57,683 nt of DNA from positions 1-57,683 of the IMG/VR virus record IMGVR_UViG_3300045283_000159, one strand, 5' to 3'. The stretch comes from a virus. Its lineage: Duplodnaviria; Caudoviricetes. Position 1 is the stretch's first letter. The number at the start of each line of letters is the position of its first letter. A model generated the notes under the pieces. The model made no database searches, was not told the origin of the DNA, and saw nothing but the letters and a program-made list of their open reading frames with translations. Shown here in pieces: positions 25,757 through 35,479 of the stretch. The position numbers and the translations under genes are program-made.

Positions 25757-26022
25757 TGGATATCCAGGCGCCGTACGAGCCGGGTACCCCGGACCCGATC
25801 TTCGTGGGCGGTGACGCTGACGCGGGGGGCCGTGACATCGTGGCCGGGTCGGTCGCGGAAGCGGTGGCGAACGCGCAGGCCCGGTTCGGCGAGATGCAGG
25901 CGGACACGTTCGGGCAGGGTTCCCAGGTCGGTGACAACGTGACGCTGCCGGGCCCGCCGCCGCCGTTCGAGGAAATGTACTTCCCTGAGACCAACCAAGG
26001 CCCGCCCGGAGGTGGTTCGTGA
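25756..26022 (+). CDS. Hypothetical acidic protein
   Basis: TGATG coupled. Confidence 0.7.
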   Translation: MDIQAPYEPGTPDPIFVGGDADAGGRDIVAGSVAEAVANAQARFGEMQADTFGQGSQVGDNVTLPGPPPPFEEMYFPETNQGPPGGGS

Positions 26023-26336
26023 TGACCGTTCCCGATATCCCCGACGCGACCCCGGAGGGCCGCATGTCGTATCCGAAGACCCCGGTGCAGTCGTTCACGG
26101 GGGTGCCGCTGCCGTCGGAGGAGGTCCAGGCGGCGTTCGACCAGGCGATCGCCGAGGGCGGGTCCGGGGTGCTGTACCCGATGTCGCCGCGGATCGCGGA
26201 GGCGAAGGCGCTGCTGGAGTCCCCGCAGGGGTTCGGCGCGGCCGGGTACGACATCTCCTCAGGCGCGGCGGGGGGGTGGCCGACGGACGTGGAGCCCCCG
26301 GAGGGTTACGAGACGCCGCTGCGTCCCGGCCCGTGA
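26019..26336 (+). CDS. Hypothetical protein
   Basis: GGAGG RBS; coupled. Confidence 0.7.
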   Translation: MMTVPDIPDATPEGRMSYPKTPVQSFTGVPLPSEEVQAAFDQAIAEGGSGVLYPMSPRIAEAKALLESPQGFGAAGYDISSGAAGGWPTDVEPPEGYETPLRPGP

Positions 26337-26587
26337 TAGCCCAGCGTTTCTTCTTCGACGGTGACCGCCCTGATGCCGTGTCCTCCTGGCGCTGCCTGGG
26401 ATGCGGAGCCAAGGTGCGCGAGGGCGTCATGAACCACGCCGACCACTGCCCCCAGATGGGCGCGGATGAGCGGATACGGGAGCTGCGCGAGGCCATCGCG
26501 GAGAAAGACCGGGTGCTGGCGGAGAAGGACCGCGAGCTGGGCGCCCTGCATGTCTGGGGTGCGCCAGAAGAGACCCTGACGCTTTGA
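26333..26587 (+). CDS. Zn-binding coiled-coil small protein
   Basis: CLGC...HADHC followed by heptads. Confidence 0.55.
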   Translation: MIAQRFFFDGDRPDAVSSWRCLGCGAKVREGVMNHADHCPQMGADERIRELREAIAEKDRVLAEKDRELGALHVWGAPEETLTL

Positions 26588-27240
26588 CCGCTGATCATGC
26601 CGTCATCGGCTACGTCACCGGCGGATGGAACCGCAACGAGTTCACCGCGTCGCTGCTCGCCGTGTGCATGGAAGGCAAGACGCCGGTTGACGCCGTGATC
26701 GGGTTCGAGTCCGGGCCGAACATCTCCACGCCGCGGAACATGATCTGCCGGGAGTTCCTCGACGCCCAGGCCGCGCCGTGGCTGTTCATGTGCGACACCG
26801 ACATGTGGTTCGGAGCGGACACCCTGGACCGGCTCATTGCCGCGGCCGACCCCGGGGAACGCCCCGTGGTCGGCGGGCTGGCGTTCAGCAAGAACGCGGA
26901 CGGCGGCGCACCCTACTCCACGATGTACGAGCTCACCGACAAGGGCGAGGGGCGGCTGGCGTTCGTCCGTTACGAGACGTGGCCGGAAGACCAGTGCGTG
27001 CAGGTGTCCGCGACGGGGGCGGCGTGCCTGCTGATCCACCGGACGGCGCTCGAGCAGGTGGAGAAGGACACCGGTGACATCGCCGCGCCGTGGTTCCGGG
27101 AAACCGGGCTGCGGAACGCCCCGATGGCGCTGATGGGTGAGGACATGACGTTCTGCCTGCGCTGCGCGGCCGCGGGGATCCCCGTGCACGTCCATACCGG
27201 CGTCAAGGCCGGCCACATGAAGACCCAGATGCTGATCTAG
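26584..27240 (+). CDS. GT-A fold (family 2-like) glycosyltransferase
   Basis: RN..C..FL; WLFMCDTDM (DxD); ATGAACLLIHR; GEDMTFCLR. Confidence 0.88.
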   Translation: MTADHAVIGYVTGGWNRNEFTASLLAVCMEGKTPVDAVIGFESGPNISTPRNMICREFLDAQAAPWLFMCDTDMWFGADTLDRLIAAADPGERPVVGGLAFSKNADGGAPYSTMYELTDKGEGRLAFVRYETWPEDQCVQVSATGAACLLIHRTALEQVEKDTGDIAAPWFRETGLRNAPMALMGEDMTFCLRCAAAGIPVHVHTGVKAGHMKTQMLI

Positions 27241-27386
27241 GAGGCCCGCGGGAGGACCCGGGGGGCTGGCCCGGGCGCGGTGGCTCAGCGAGAAGACCAC
27301 CGTCGTGCGGGCGTACCACGGTACGGCCCGGGCCAGCTCCCCGGCCCCCCTGGGCCCGCGTGCCGCATATTACCGAAGGAGCCGCT

Positions 27387-27587
27387 ATGCACCTGCTCGG
27401 CACCGCGAAGCTCGTGATCCCCGAATGGGAGCCGGATCAGGGCTGGCGGGTCCTGGATCCGGACGGTCACGTGGTCGACGCGGGCGGCAAGACGATCATC
27501 CGCGTGGAGCTCTCGTTCACGCATGAGTTCACGCATGAGTTCGGCGTGGACGGCAACCGGGTGCCGCTGCTCCGGCAGGTCAGCTGA
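27387..27587 (+). CDS. Small protein
   Basis: AAGGAG RBS; GWRVLDPDGHVV. Confidence 0.65.
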   Translation: MHLLGTAKLVIPEWEPDQGWRVLDPDGHVVDAGGKTIIRVELSFTHEFTHEFGVDGNRVPLLRQVS

Positions 27588-27721
27588 TGACCGAGGGACT
27601 CGCATTCGAGCCGGAGGACGATCCGGCGGGGTGGCAGGTGCTGGACCCGGACGGCCACGTGGCCGCGTCCGGCGGGCAGTCCGTGACGGAAGCGTCCGCA
27701 GGCGCAGGCGACGGTTCTTAG
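27587..27721 (+). CDS. Small paralog of the previous gene
   Basis: GWQVLDPDGHVA; TGATG coupling. Confidence 0.55.
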   Translation: MTEGLAFEPEDDPAGWQVLDPDGHVAASGGQSVTEASAGAGDGS

Positions 27722-27904
27722 GTCCGACCGGCCGCCCCGGCAGGAACACCGCCTGGCGGCGGCTTAGCCGACGGGGCGGGCGGGCAAAGGTCGGCTCGCA
27801 TGTTGCTCCCGCGTTGCTCCTGGTCCTGTACCTGCCACGGCCTCGGGTCCAGGCATAGAGCTTCAGTCTACGCAGCAGCTTGATAACTCAACAGGGAGCC
27901 CGCA

Positions 27905-28351
27905 GTGCCAGCGATAGATAACACTCAGATCAGCAACGTCCTGAACGCGCTGACGCCGACGGGTGCGGCGGGGATCCCGGGGTCGTTCACGGCGTTCGCG
28001 GCGTCGGCGATGAAACTGCGGCTGAACTCGACGCTGTCCACGGCGTCGGCGGCGGGGACGGACATCGGCACGCAGACCTCCGGGTACACGGCGGGAGGTT
28101 TCACGCTGGGGACCACGGCGTCTACCGCGTCGTCGGCGGGCAGCGCGGTGGGGGTGCCGTTCATCACCCAGTCGTTCGTCAGCAGCGGGGCGCCGACCGC
28201 GGTCGTGTCGTTCGACCTGACGTCCTCGGCGGCGGTGCGGGGGTTCTGGGGCCCGTTCAACGGCCAGCCGGTGAACGTGGCGTCCGGCAACACATTTCAA
28301 ATAACTGGCGGGTCGGGTGCGGCGGCGGGCATCCAGATCAGCCTGACGTGA
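27905..28351 (+). CDS. Virion structural protein (Ser/Thr/Gly-rich)
   Basis: SGYTAGG motif shared with 49759..50208. Confidence 0.75.
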   Translation: MPAIDNTQISNVLNALTPTGAAGIPGSFTAFAASAMKLRLNSTLSTASAAGTDIGTQTSGYTAGGFTLGTTASTASSAGSAVGVPFITQSFVSSGAPTAVVSFDLTSSAAVRGFWGPFNGQPVNVASGNTFQITGGSGAAAGIQISLT

Positions 28352-28671
28352 TGGTCGTTCCGCTGCTGACCACGATGACCGACTGGTACTGCCCCAACTG
28401 CGCCATCGCCCTGACCGCCCCGGAACCGCCGCCGGGACAGTCGAAATTCCACGTGTGCGGGTCACTGCACGGCCTGACCGCCCCCCTGATCCGCGCCGGG
28501 GTCCGGTGCAAGGTCGAGGCGGAGGAGCGGCAGGACTACCTGGGCAGCGAGATCCAGGCGACGGGTGACGACGGCAAACCGTACATGGCGGTCCGGACGA
28601 CCCGGGGTGACGGGTGCGACCTGGCGGTCAACGCCGGGCTCGCGCAGGCGCGGCTAGGAGACTACAGATGA
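28348..28671 (+). CDS. Zn-binding hypothetical protein
   Basis: CPNC...HVC; EERQDY. Confidence 0.7.
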   Translation: MMVVPLLTTMTDWYCPNCAIALTAPEPPPGQSKFHVCGSLHGLTAPLIRAGVRCKVEAEERQDYLGSEIQATGDDGKPYMAVRTTRGDGCDLAVNAGLAQARLGDYR

Positions 28672-28790
28672 GCGAGCAGACCCCGGAGCAGGTCCCGGAA
28701 GAGACCCCGGCGGTGGTGGTGCAGGCAGGGCTGGCCAGCGCCGCCGCCGGGACAGGCCCGGCTGCCGCGGCGGAAGACGACGAGGACTGA
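28668..28790 (+). CDS. Microprotein
   Basis: AGGAG RBS. Confidence 0.5.
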   Translation: MSEQTPEQVPEETPAVVVQAGLASAAAGTGPAAAAEDDED

Positions 28791-28793
28791 CCC

Positions 28794-29318
28794 GTGACGT
28801 TCGGGGCGTTCTCCGCGATCTTCCAGCAGGCCATGCTCAACCCGATCATGGGCAGGGTCTGGTCGACTGCCGTGCCGCCGACGTACACCAGCCTGTCCGC
28901 GGATGACGTCCGGGCGGCGCTGTACGGCAACACCGGCACCCCGTCCAAGTCGGTGACGCTGGCTAACTCCTGCTATGCCGTGGATCAGTGGGTGACCGGC
29001 AACGAGGTGACAGATGTCACCAACTGGACGGCGGGCGGCCGGGCGCTCGGAACCAAGGCGTTCACCATCGACACCGGCTCGTCGAGCATCTGCTTCCAGG
29101 CGGCCGGGACCTCCGGGGCGGGGAACGTCACCATCACGAACGCCTACGGGTGCCTCGTCTACGACAACACGATCACCGGGGCGGGCACCGCCAAGCAGGG
29201 CCTCTGCTACAACAGCTTCGGCGGGTCCCCCCAGGGGGTAACCGCCGGGACCTTCACGATCCTCTGGGCGACCGTGGGGGCGCTGACTAATACCGTCGTG
29301 TTCAACGTGACGGTCTGA
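28794..29318 (+). CDS. Virion structural protein
   Basis: NEV....WTAGG; Thr/Gly-rich. Confidence 0.75.
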   Translation: MTFGAFSAIFQQAMLNPIMGRVWSTAVPPTYTSLSADDVRAALYGNTGTPSKSVTLANSCYAVDQWVTGNEVTDVTNWTAGGRALGTKAFTIDTGSSSICFQAAGTSGAGNVTITNAYGCLVYDNTITGAGTAKQGLCYNSFGGSPQGVTAGTFTILWATVGALTNTVVFNVTV

Positions 29319-29324
29319 CCTGCC

Positions 29325-30695
29325 ATGCCGTCGTACATCACGGGCCTGTCCGGGGGCGGCAGCGGCTCCTTCGTAGACCAGACGGGGACACCCCGCCTGT
29401 TCTGGGCGGATGAGGCGTGGGGGCTGCCGGAGAACGCGGGCCGGTGGAACGGCGGCGACTGGGCGCTGGAGTACGACACGTATTTCGCGGCGCGCGCCGC
29501 GCAGGGGTTCACCGCGCTGGTGTGCCATCCGTGGGGCCACACCCACACCGGCTGCAATAACAGCGTGGGGAACACGTGGGACGGGGTTTCGCCCTGGTCC
29601 GGCGGCGTCCCGAACCTGAATAACACGTTCTGGACGCGCATCGATTACATGTTCACCAGCGCTGCCGCGCGGGGCATCACGATCTTCTTCGACCTGACGA
29701 TGGGCTGCGACAACGACCGCGGGACGTCGTTCGCGGGGACCGGGGTGTGGCACGGCGTCTCGGATCCGAATATCACCGCCGCGGCGCAGAACATCGCCTC
29801 CCGGTACCTGGCCACCCCGAACCTGGTGTGGATGTACGGCGACGACACCAACTCCGCCGACGAGCCGGTCTTTGACCTGGTGCTGGCCGGCATCTCGGCG
29901 GCGGGAGACAACCGGGACATCTCGGTGGAGTACTACCCGACCGGCACGACGAGCCGGGAGGACCTGACCGGCAGCCCGACCGCGACCCCGTTCACCTGGG
30001 GCGGCGCGAACGCCACGTTCAACTACGTCTACTACTACTGGGTCACCTACTGGGGTGTCGAGCAGGCGTACAAGGAGAACAACCAGATCCCGGTGGTGTG
30101 GGGCGACGGGTATTTCTGGGGCGGGGAATCCGGTACGGAGCTGACCGCGACGAGTAATAAGACGATGCGGTTCCAGGTGTGGTGGGCGCTCGCGTCGGGG
30201 GCGCGCGGCTGCACGATGGGTTCCCATTTCGTGTGGAACTGGCCGTCCGTGGCGCAGGCGGCGGTCGCCGGGGAAGGCTGGTACGTGAACAGCGCCGCGC
30301 CGGTCCGGGCCGTGATCGAGTCGCTGACCGGGTGGAACAAGCTGATCCCCGATCTCACGAACCAGCTGGTCACCGCCGGGCGGGGCACGCGGGCCGCGTA
30401 CAACGCCGGCAACTGGTCTTCCGACAGCCCGGACACGTACGTGGCGGCGTCGCGGGTGCCGGACGGGTCGCTGGCCCTGCTGTACCTGCCCGCCGCGACC
30501 ACCGTCACCATTGACCAGACGAAGATGGCCGCCGGGTACTCCGCGAAGTGGATCGACCCGCTCACCGGGGCCACGTCGACGGCCGTCACCGGGTCCACGT
30601 ACAACTCGACGGCGAAGGGCGCCAACTCGGGCGGGGACGCGGACTGGGCGCTGGCCCTGTTCGCGCCGCCGTACGCGACCTGGACCGTGCCGTGA
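29325..30695 (+). CDS. DUF4038/apiosidase-like glycoside hydrolase with C-terminal collagen-binding-like domain
   Basis: FVDQTGTPRLFWADEAW; YFAARAAQGF; PNLVW.YG.D; AKWIDPLTG...DWAL. Confidence 0.8.
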   Translation: MPSYITGLSGGGSGSFVDQTGTPRLFWADEAWGLPENAGRWNGGDWALEYDTYFAARAAQGFTALVCHPWGHTHTGCNNSVGNTWDGVSPWSGGVPNLNNTFWTRIDYMFTSAAARGITIFFDLTMGCDNDRGTSFAGTGVWHGVSDPNITAAAQNIASRYLATPNLVWMYGDDTNSADEPVFDLVLAGISAAGDNRDISVEYYPTGTTSREDLTGSPTATPFTWGGANATFNYVYYYWVTYWGVEQAYKENNQIPVVWGDGYFWGGESGTELTATSNKTMRFQVWWALASGARGCTMGSHFVWNWPSVAQAAVAGEGWYVNSAAPVRAVIESLTGWNKLIPDLTNQLVTAGRGTRAAYNAGNWSSDSPDTYVAASRVPDGSLALLYLPAATTVTIDQTKMAAGYSAKWIDPLTGATSTAVTGSTYNSTAKGANSGGDADWALALFAPPYATWTVP

Positions 30696-30710
30696 CCGGG
30701 GGGTGGCGGG

Positions 30711-31520
30711 ATGGCGGTCGCTTACGACGCGGTAGGCCCGGGCGCGACCGGCACGGGCGTGCAGGGGCCGGCGTCGCTGTCGTGGAGCCATACGGTCACC
30801 GGGTCGAACATCGCGGTGGTGGCGGGGGTCGCGGTGGACGGCAGCCCGGACACGATGACCTGCACGGCCACCTGCAACGGCACGTCGATGACGTCGCTGG
30901 GCAAGGTGCACTCCGGCGGCTCCACGGCCGGGTACCTGGAGGTGTTCGGGATCGCCGCGGTGACCGCGGGCAGCGCGAGCCTGGTGGCCACCGCGAGTTC
31001 CGCCCCGGCGGACCTGAACGGCGGGTCGCTGTCGTTCACCGGGGTGTCGCCGGGCACGCCGTTCGGCACGGCTGGTACCGGGTCGGGCAATTCGGGTACC
31101 GCGTCAGCGGCGACCACGGGCAGCACGTCGGGCAACATGGTCGCCGGGTTCGCCATCGAGGGCACGGGGATCACGTCGGCGACCGCCCCGTCGACCAGCC
31201 GGTTCATCGAGAACTACCGGGGCATCGCGGGCAACGCGGCGGGGAACTCCGCCGGGGCCACGTCGCCGTCCACCGGGTCGGCGGTCACGATGGCGTGGGC
31301 GGTCACCTCCGACTTCTGGGCCGCGCTGGCGGTGGAGGTGCTGGCCGGGGGCGCCGGGCAGGCGAACGCGGTCCTGGCCACCGCCGCCGGGGCCGCCCTG
31401 ACAGCGCTGACCAGCCCGTCAGCCCTGCTGTCCGGCCCGGATTACCCGGCGCTCGCCTCGGTCCTGGGCGGCGGTTCCGGGACGTGGACGAACCCGCTGC
31501 TCGCCGAGGGCCCCCCGTAA
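30711..31520 (+). CDS. Virion appendage protein
   Basis: MAVAYDAVG; SLSWSHT; Ser/Thr-rich. Confidence 0.75.
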   Translation: MAVAYDAVGPGATGTGVQGPASLSWSHTVTGSNIAVVAGVAVDGSPDTMTCTATCNGTSMTSLGKVHSGGSTAGYLEVFGIAAVTAGSASLVATASSAPADLNGGSLSFTGVSPGTPFGTAGTGSGNSGTASAATTGSTSGNMVAGFAIEGTGITSATAPSTSRFIENYRGIAGNAAGNSAGATSPSTGSAVTMAWAVTSDFWAALAVEVLAGGAGQANAVLATAAGAALTALTSPSALLSGPDYPALASVLGGGSGTWTNPLLAEGPP

Positions 31521-31536
31521 ACGAAAGGCGGCGCAG

Positions 31537-32091
31537 GTGCCGAAGCAAACATGGTCGGGGCTCCTCAACGACGGGGCGCCGTGGCAGACAACGCAGGGTG
31601 CGACCCTGTCCACCGCGGCGACCGCGACGATCAGCCCGCAGGCCCCCACGACGCAGGACTGGTCGATGCCCGGCCAGATGTGGTACCCCGGCGCGGTCCT
31701 CGAAGTCTCGGCCCGCGGCATCTACACGATGGGGTCCACCGCCACGAACTTCACGTTCACGCTGCTGGCCGGGGCGACGACCCTGGTGACGACGGGCGCG
31801 TTCGCGGCGACGGTGACGCAGACGAACCAGCCGTGGAAGCTGGAGGCGGCGATCCGGTGCATCGCCTACGGGTCGACGGGGAACACGATGGAAACCCAGG
31901 GGGAGGTGGTCCTGTCGGTGGCCGCGACGCCGTTCACGATCCAGGTCCCGATGCCGCTGACCAACGGTCCCACCGTCGCCGCGGTCGACACCACCATCGC
32001 GAAGATCATGCCGCTGCAGGCAACCCTCAGCCAGGTCACCGGGTCGCCGACGATCAAGTGCACCCAGTACCTGCTCAAGGCCATCAACTAG
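31537..32091 (+). CDS. Virion structural protein
   Basis: Thr-rich beta-type ORF in operon. Confidence 0.75.
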   Translation: MPKQTWSGLLNDGAPWQTTQGATLSTAATATISPQAPTTQDWSMPGQMWYPGAVLEVSARGIYTMGSTATNFTFTLLAGATTLVTTGAFAATVTQTNQPWKLEAAIRCIAYGSTGNTMETQGEVVLSVAATPFTIQVPMPLTNGPTVAAVDTTIAKIMPLQATLSQVTGSPTIKCTQYLLKAIN

Positions 32092-32094
32092 GCC

Positions 32095-32643
32095 ATGCCG
32101 CCCGCGCCGCCGCTGTGGCCCCGCCCGCAGGCCGTAGTCGGCCCGGGGCTCCTCGACCAGCCCGGGCTGCCGGTCCTGCCGAAAACGGGCCTCCAGTTCG
32201 TCCCCGTCATATCCCCCGGCCTGGAACTGTCCCAGTTCGGCACGTTCACCGGGGTCACCACCGGCACCCCCATCACCCTGGTCACCCTGAACGTGAACCA
32301 GTTCACCACCGACGCGAACATCGCCCCCCTGAGTTACGAACTGTGGGACTTCACGGGCACCCCCGCCCTGCTCGGCACCGCCGCGGGAACCGTGTCGACC
32401 ACCAGCAGCAATGTGGACACCGCTAATTTCACCGGCGTCACCTACCCGATGCTCGGCACGCTCCGGGTCCGCATCTACGCCGCGCAGGGCACCGCCACCA
32501 GCGGGGCGCAGCAGGCCGTCGGGTGGGCGTCGCTCACCGTCACCTATTCCGCGGACACCGGCACCGGCCTCGCGGTACCCCAGCGGGCCGCCAGCATGCG
32601 GGTACTGCCACCCCAGCCGCCAGGCGGGGCCACATTCACCTGA
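32095..32643 (+). CDS. Virion structural protein
   Basis: Thr-rich ORF in operon. Confidence 0.7.
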   Translation: MPPAPPLWPRPQAVVGPGLLDQPGLPVLPKTGLQFVPVISPGLELSQFGTFTGVTTGTPITLVTLNVNQFTTDANIAPLSYELWDFTGTPALLGTAAGTVSTTSSNVDTANFTGVTYPMLGTLRVRIYAAQGTATSGAQQAVGWASLTVTYSADTGTGLAVPQRAASMRVLPPQPPGGATFT

Positions 32644-32659
32644 CGGGAAGGCTCAGCAA

Positions 32660-33175
32660 TTGTCTGAATACCGGGCGGCACCGCGGGCCACCTCCACCCC
32701 GTTCGCGCCGGTCGTCGTGGCGCTGGCCGCGGCGACGACGAAGACGGTGCTGCAGGTGAACATCCCGTCGGCGCAGGACATCCGGGTCATCGGCTGGGGC
32801 GTGTCGTTCGACGGCGCCAGCGGGACGGCGGTCCCGGTGATCTGCCAGCTGATCGAGGGGGACGTCGCCGCGTCGACCGGGACGTCGTTCACCCCGGAAC
32901 CGTGGGGCAACGCGATCTCCACCGCCAGCGTGTGCATCGGCGGCGCCGCCCTGACCGGGTACGGGTTCACCACCGAGGGCACCATGACCGCGGTCCGGGA
33001 GCTCGACACGCAGCATGTGCACCCGCAGTCAGCGTACGGGGTGTTCTGGCCGGCGACGGACACCCAGCCGAGATGCGGTGCGGCGGCGGCGGCGCGGTTC
33101 CTGCGGGTCCGGTGCACCGCCGCCGCGATCGTGAACGTGATCCCGTGGGTGATCTGGACCGAACCGGCAGTCTGA
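32660..33175 (+). CDS. Virion structural protein
   Basis: TTG start with GGAAGG RBS; KTVLQV...WGVSFDG. Confidence 0.7.
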   Translation: MSEYRAAPRATSTPFAPVVVALAAATTKTVLQVNIPSAQDIRVIGWGVSFDGASGTAVPVICQLIEGDVAASTGTSFTPEPWGNAISTASVCIGGAALTGYGFTTEGTMTAVRELDTQHVHPQSAYGVFWPATDTQPRCGAAAAARFLRVRCTAAAIVNVIPWVIWTEPAV

Positions 33176-33183
33176 GGTAGCTG

Positions 33184-34425
33184 ATGCCGATCCGCGGCGC
33201 GGCCGCTAACGTCCGGTTCGGCCGGCCCGCCCCGGACACCGCGGGCGCCACGTCCGCCGGCACCGCCGCGGTTGCCGGGGCCGCAGCCGTCACTGCGGTC
33301 GTCACGCAGATCGCCCCGGCCGCCGCCGCGGGGACGGGCGCGGTCACCGCCGTAGCGACGGTCATCGCCCCGGCCACGACGGCTGGCGCCGGGACGGTCA
33401 CCGCCGTAGCAACCCAGATCGCGCCGGGGAGCGCCGCCGGGGCTGGCGCTGTCACGGATGTTGTCACGCAGGCCGCAACCGCGGCATCAGCGGGCGCCGG
33501 GTCCGTCGCTGACGTAGTGACCCAGGCCGCCACCGCTACGCCGGCTGGCGCGGGCGCGGTCACGGCGCAGGCCACGCAGATCGCCCCGGCTACCGCCGCG
33601 GGCGCGGGCGCGGTCACGGATGTCGTCACCCAGATCGCGGGTGCGTCCGCCGCCGGGGCGGGGTCTGTCACTGCCATCGGGTCGTCGTCGGGCGCGGCGA
33701 CCGCTACTGCCGCGGGTGCCGCCGCTGTCACGGCGGTTGTCACGCAGATCGCGCCTGCGGCAGCGGCGGGCGCTGCCGCGGTCACGGATGTCGTTACCCA
33801 GGTCGCGGGCGGCGCCGCGGCGGGCGCGGCTGCTGTCACCGATGTCGTCACCCAGATCGTCCCGGCTACTGCTGCTGGCGCGGGGTCTGTCACGGATGTC
33901 GTGACGCAGATCGCCACCGCGACGGCGGCTGGCGCCGGGTCGGTCACCGCGGCGGGCAGCTCCGGCGGCGCGAGCACCGCCTCGGCTGCGGGTGCCGCCG
34001 CGACCACGGCCGCCGCCACGCAGATAGCCCCCGCTGCCGCAGCGGGCGCGGGCGCGGTCACCGCCGTAGCGACGCAGATAGCCACCGCGGCCGGGACCGC
34101 CGCCGGGGCCGCCAGCGCCTCCGGGGTCATCCCCGGCACCGCAAACGTGGCCGGCGCGGGAACCGCCACCGCGAAGGCCGCCCAGGCAGTCCCCGCCCAG
34201 GCAGCCGGCGCGGCGGTCCTGTCCGCGCTGGCCACCCAGCAGGCCGCCGCCGTCATCACCGCAGCCGGGACGGTCACCGCCGCTGGCGGTATCCAGCTGG
34301 CGTTCACCGTCGGCACCCTCACCGCCACCGACCGGCCCGCGGCGGTCCTCGCCGCGGTATCGGCCGCCACCGCACCCCAGGCGGTCCTCACAGGCGCGAC
34401 AAGCTCGACAGGAGGGCCATCGTGA
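33184..34425 (+). CDS. Ala/Thr/Gly repeat fibre-like protein
   Basis: Many ~18-aa repeats AAAGAGAVTDVVTQIAPA. Confidence 0.8.
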   Translation: MPIRGAAANVRFGRPAPDTAGATSAGTAAVAGAAAVTAVVTQIAPAAAAGTGAVTAVATVIAPATTAGAGTVTAVATQIAPGSAAGAGAVTDVVTQAATAASAGAGSVADVVTQAATATPAGAGAVTAQATQIAPATAAGAGAVTDVVTQIAGASAAGAGSVTAIGSSSGAATATAAGAAAVTAVVTQIAPAAAAGAAAVTDVVTQVAGGAAAGAAAVTDVVTQIVPATAAGAGSVTDVVTQIATATAAGAGSVTAAGSSGGASTASAAGAAATTAAATQIAPAAAAGAGAVTAVATQIATAAGTAAGAASASGVIPGTANVAGAGTATAKAAQAVPAQAAGAAVLSALATQQAAAVITAAGTVTAAGGIQLAFTVGTLTATDRPAAVLAAVSAATAPQAVLTGATSSTGGPS

Positions 34426-34598
34426 AGAACCCCAGCGCGCCCTGCGGCCGGCGCGGGTGCGGCGACCCCCTCTCCGTCCACGAGCATTACACCAGGCCAG
34501 GCGACCTGCGCTGCGGCCTGTGCCCCTGCCGCCGCTGGCGCCGCGCCTGGTGGCCCCGCAGGAAACCCAAAGCGCCCGTGACGGGAGGGCCGAGTTGA
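34422..34598 (+). CDS. Cys-rich microprotein
   Basis: CGRRGC...HEHY...CGLCPC; coupled. Confidence 0.5.
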   Translation: MKNPSAPCGRRGCGDPLSVHEHYTRPGDLRCGLCPCRRWRRAWWPRRKPKAPVTGGPS

Positions 34599-35479
34599 GC
34601 CGGTACCCTCTCGGCGCCCCGGTACGGGTCAGCACGACCGTCCGGGATGTCACCGGGGCGCTCGTCAACCCCGGCACCCTGATCCTGCTCGTCAAGACCG
34701 CAGCCGCCGACGGCACCTGGACCACTACCGGCACTTATTCCAGCCCGGCCAATGATTCCACTGGTACCTATCATCAGGACATCCCCGTCACCGACCTGGC
34801 CACGGCCGGGCACTACCAGTACACGTGGACCAGCACCGGCACCGGGGCTGGCGTCTCCTTCGGCGAGTTCGACATCTTCGACCCCTTTGAAACGTCGGTC
34901 ATCTCGTTGCAGGACGCGAAGGACCAGCTGAACATCCCGGCCTCCAATACGGCCAGCGACGCGGAGATCGCCTCCTGGATCGCCACGATCGAGTCCAACC
35001 TCAAGCGCGCCACCGGCGGCCCCGTCGTCAACCGCACCGTCACCGAGCGCGCCGAGATGATGAGCAACCAGACCGTCATCCTGGTCCGGCAGCGGCCCCT
35101 GGTGTCCGTCACCAGCATCGCCTCGACGTCCGGCGGGACGATCGACATCAGCGCGGGCCTGGACCTGGACGTCAACGCCGGGCTGATCCGCCGCAAGCTC
35201 GGCCTGCCGTTCTACGGCCCTTTCTTCCAGTGGATGCCCGCGGTCACGGTCACCTACGTGGCCGGGTGGGGCGTGTCGGTCCCGGCGGCGTTCGCCAGCT
35301 TCGCCCGGATCGTCCTCGCCCACCTGTGGAGCAGCCAGCGGGGCCCGCTCACCGTGCCCATGGGCGGCGGGGACCTGACCACCCCCCCGGGATTCGGTTT
35401 CGCGATCCCGAATATGGCCGCCGAGCTTCTCAACGGCTCCCAGGGGGGCGTACCTTTCCTGTCTGAGGCGTTCGTGTGA
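34595..35479 (+). CDS. Head-to-tail adaptor with N-terminal Ig/BppU-like domain
   Basis: ISLQDAKDQLNI; RPLVSVTSI; VTVTYVAGW...VP. Confidence 0.85.
   Translation: MSRYPLGAPVRVSTTVRDVTGALVNPGTLILLVKTAAADGTWTTTGTYSSPANDSTGTYHQDIPVTDLATAGHYQYTWTSTGTGAGVSFGEFDIFDPFETSVISLQDAKDQLNIPASNTASDAEIASWIATIESNLKRATGGPVVNRTVTERAEMMSNQTVILVRQRPLVSVTSIASTSGGTIDISAGLDLDVNAGLIRRKLGLPFYGPFFQWMPAVTVTYVAGWGVSVPAAFASFARIVLAHLWSSQRGPLTVPMGGGDLTTPPGFGFAIPNMAAELLNGSQGGVPFLSEAFV

Noticed and set aside
33184-34425. DNA-level repeat array
   Set aside because: Repeats are conserved as protein with variable synonymous positions
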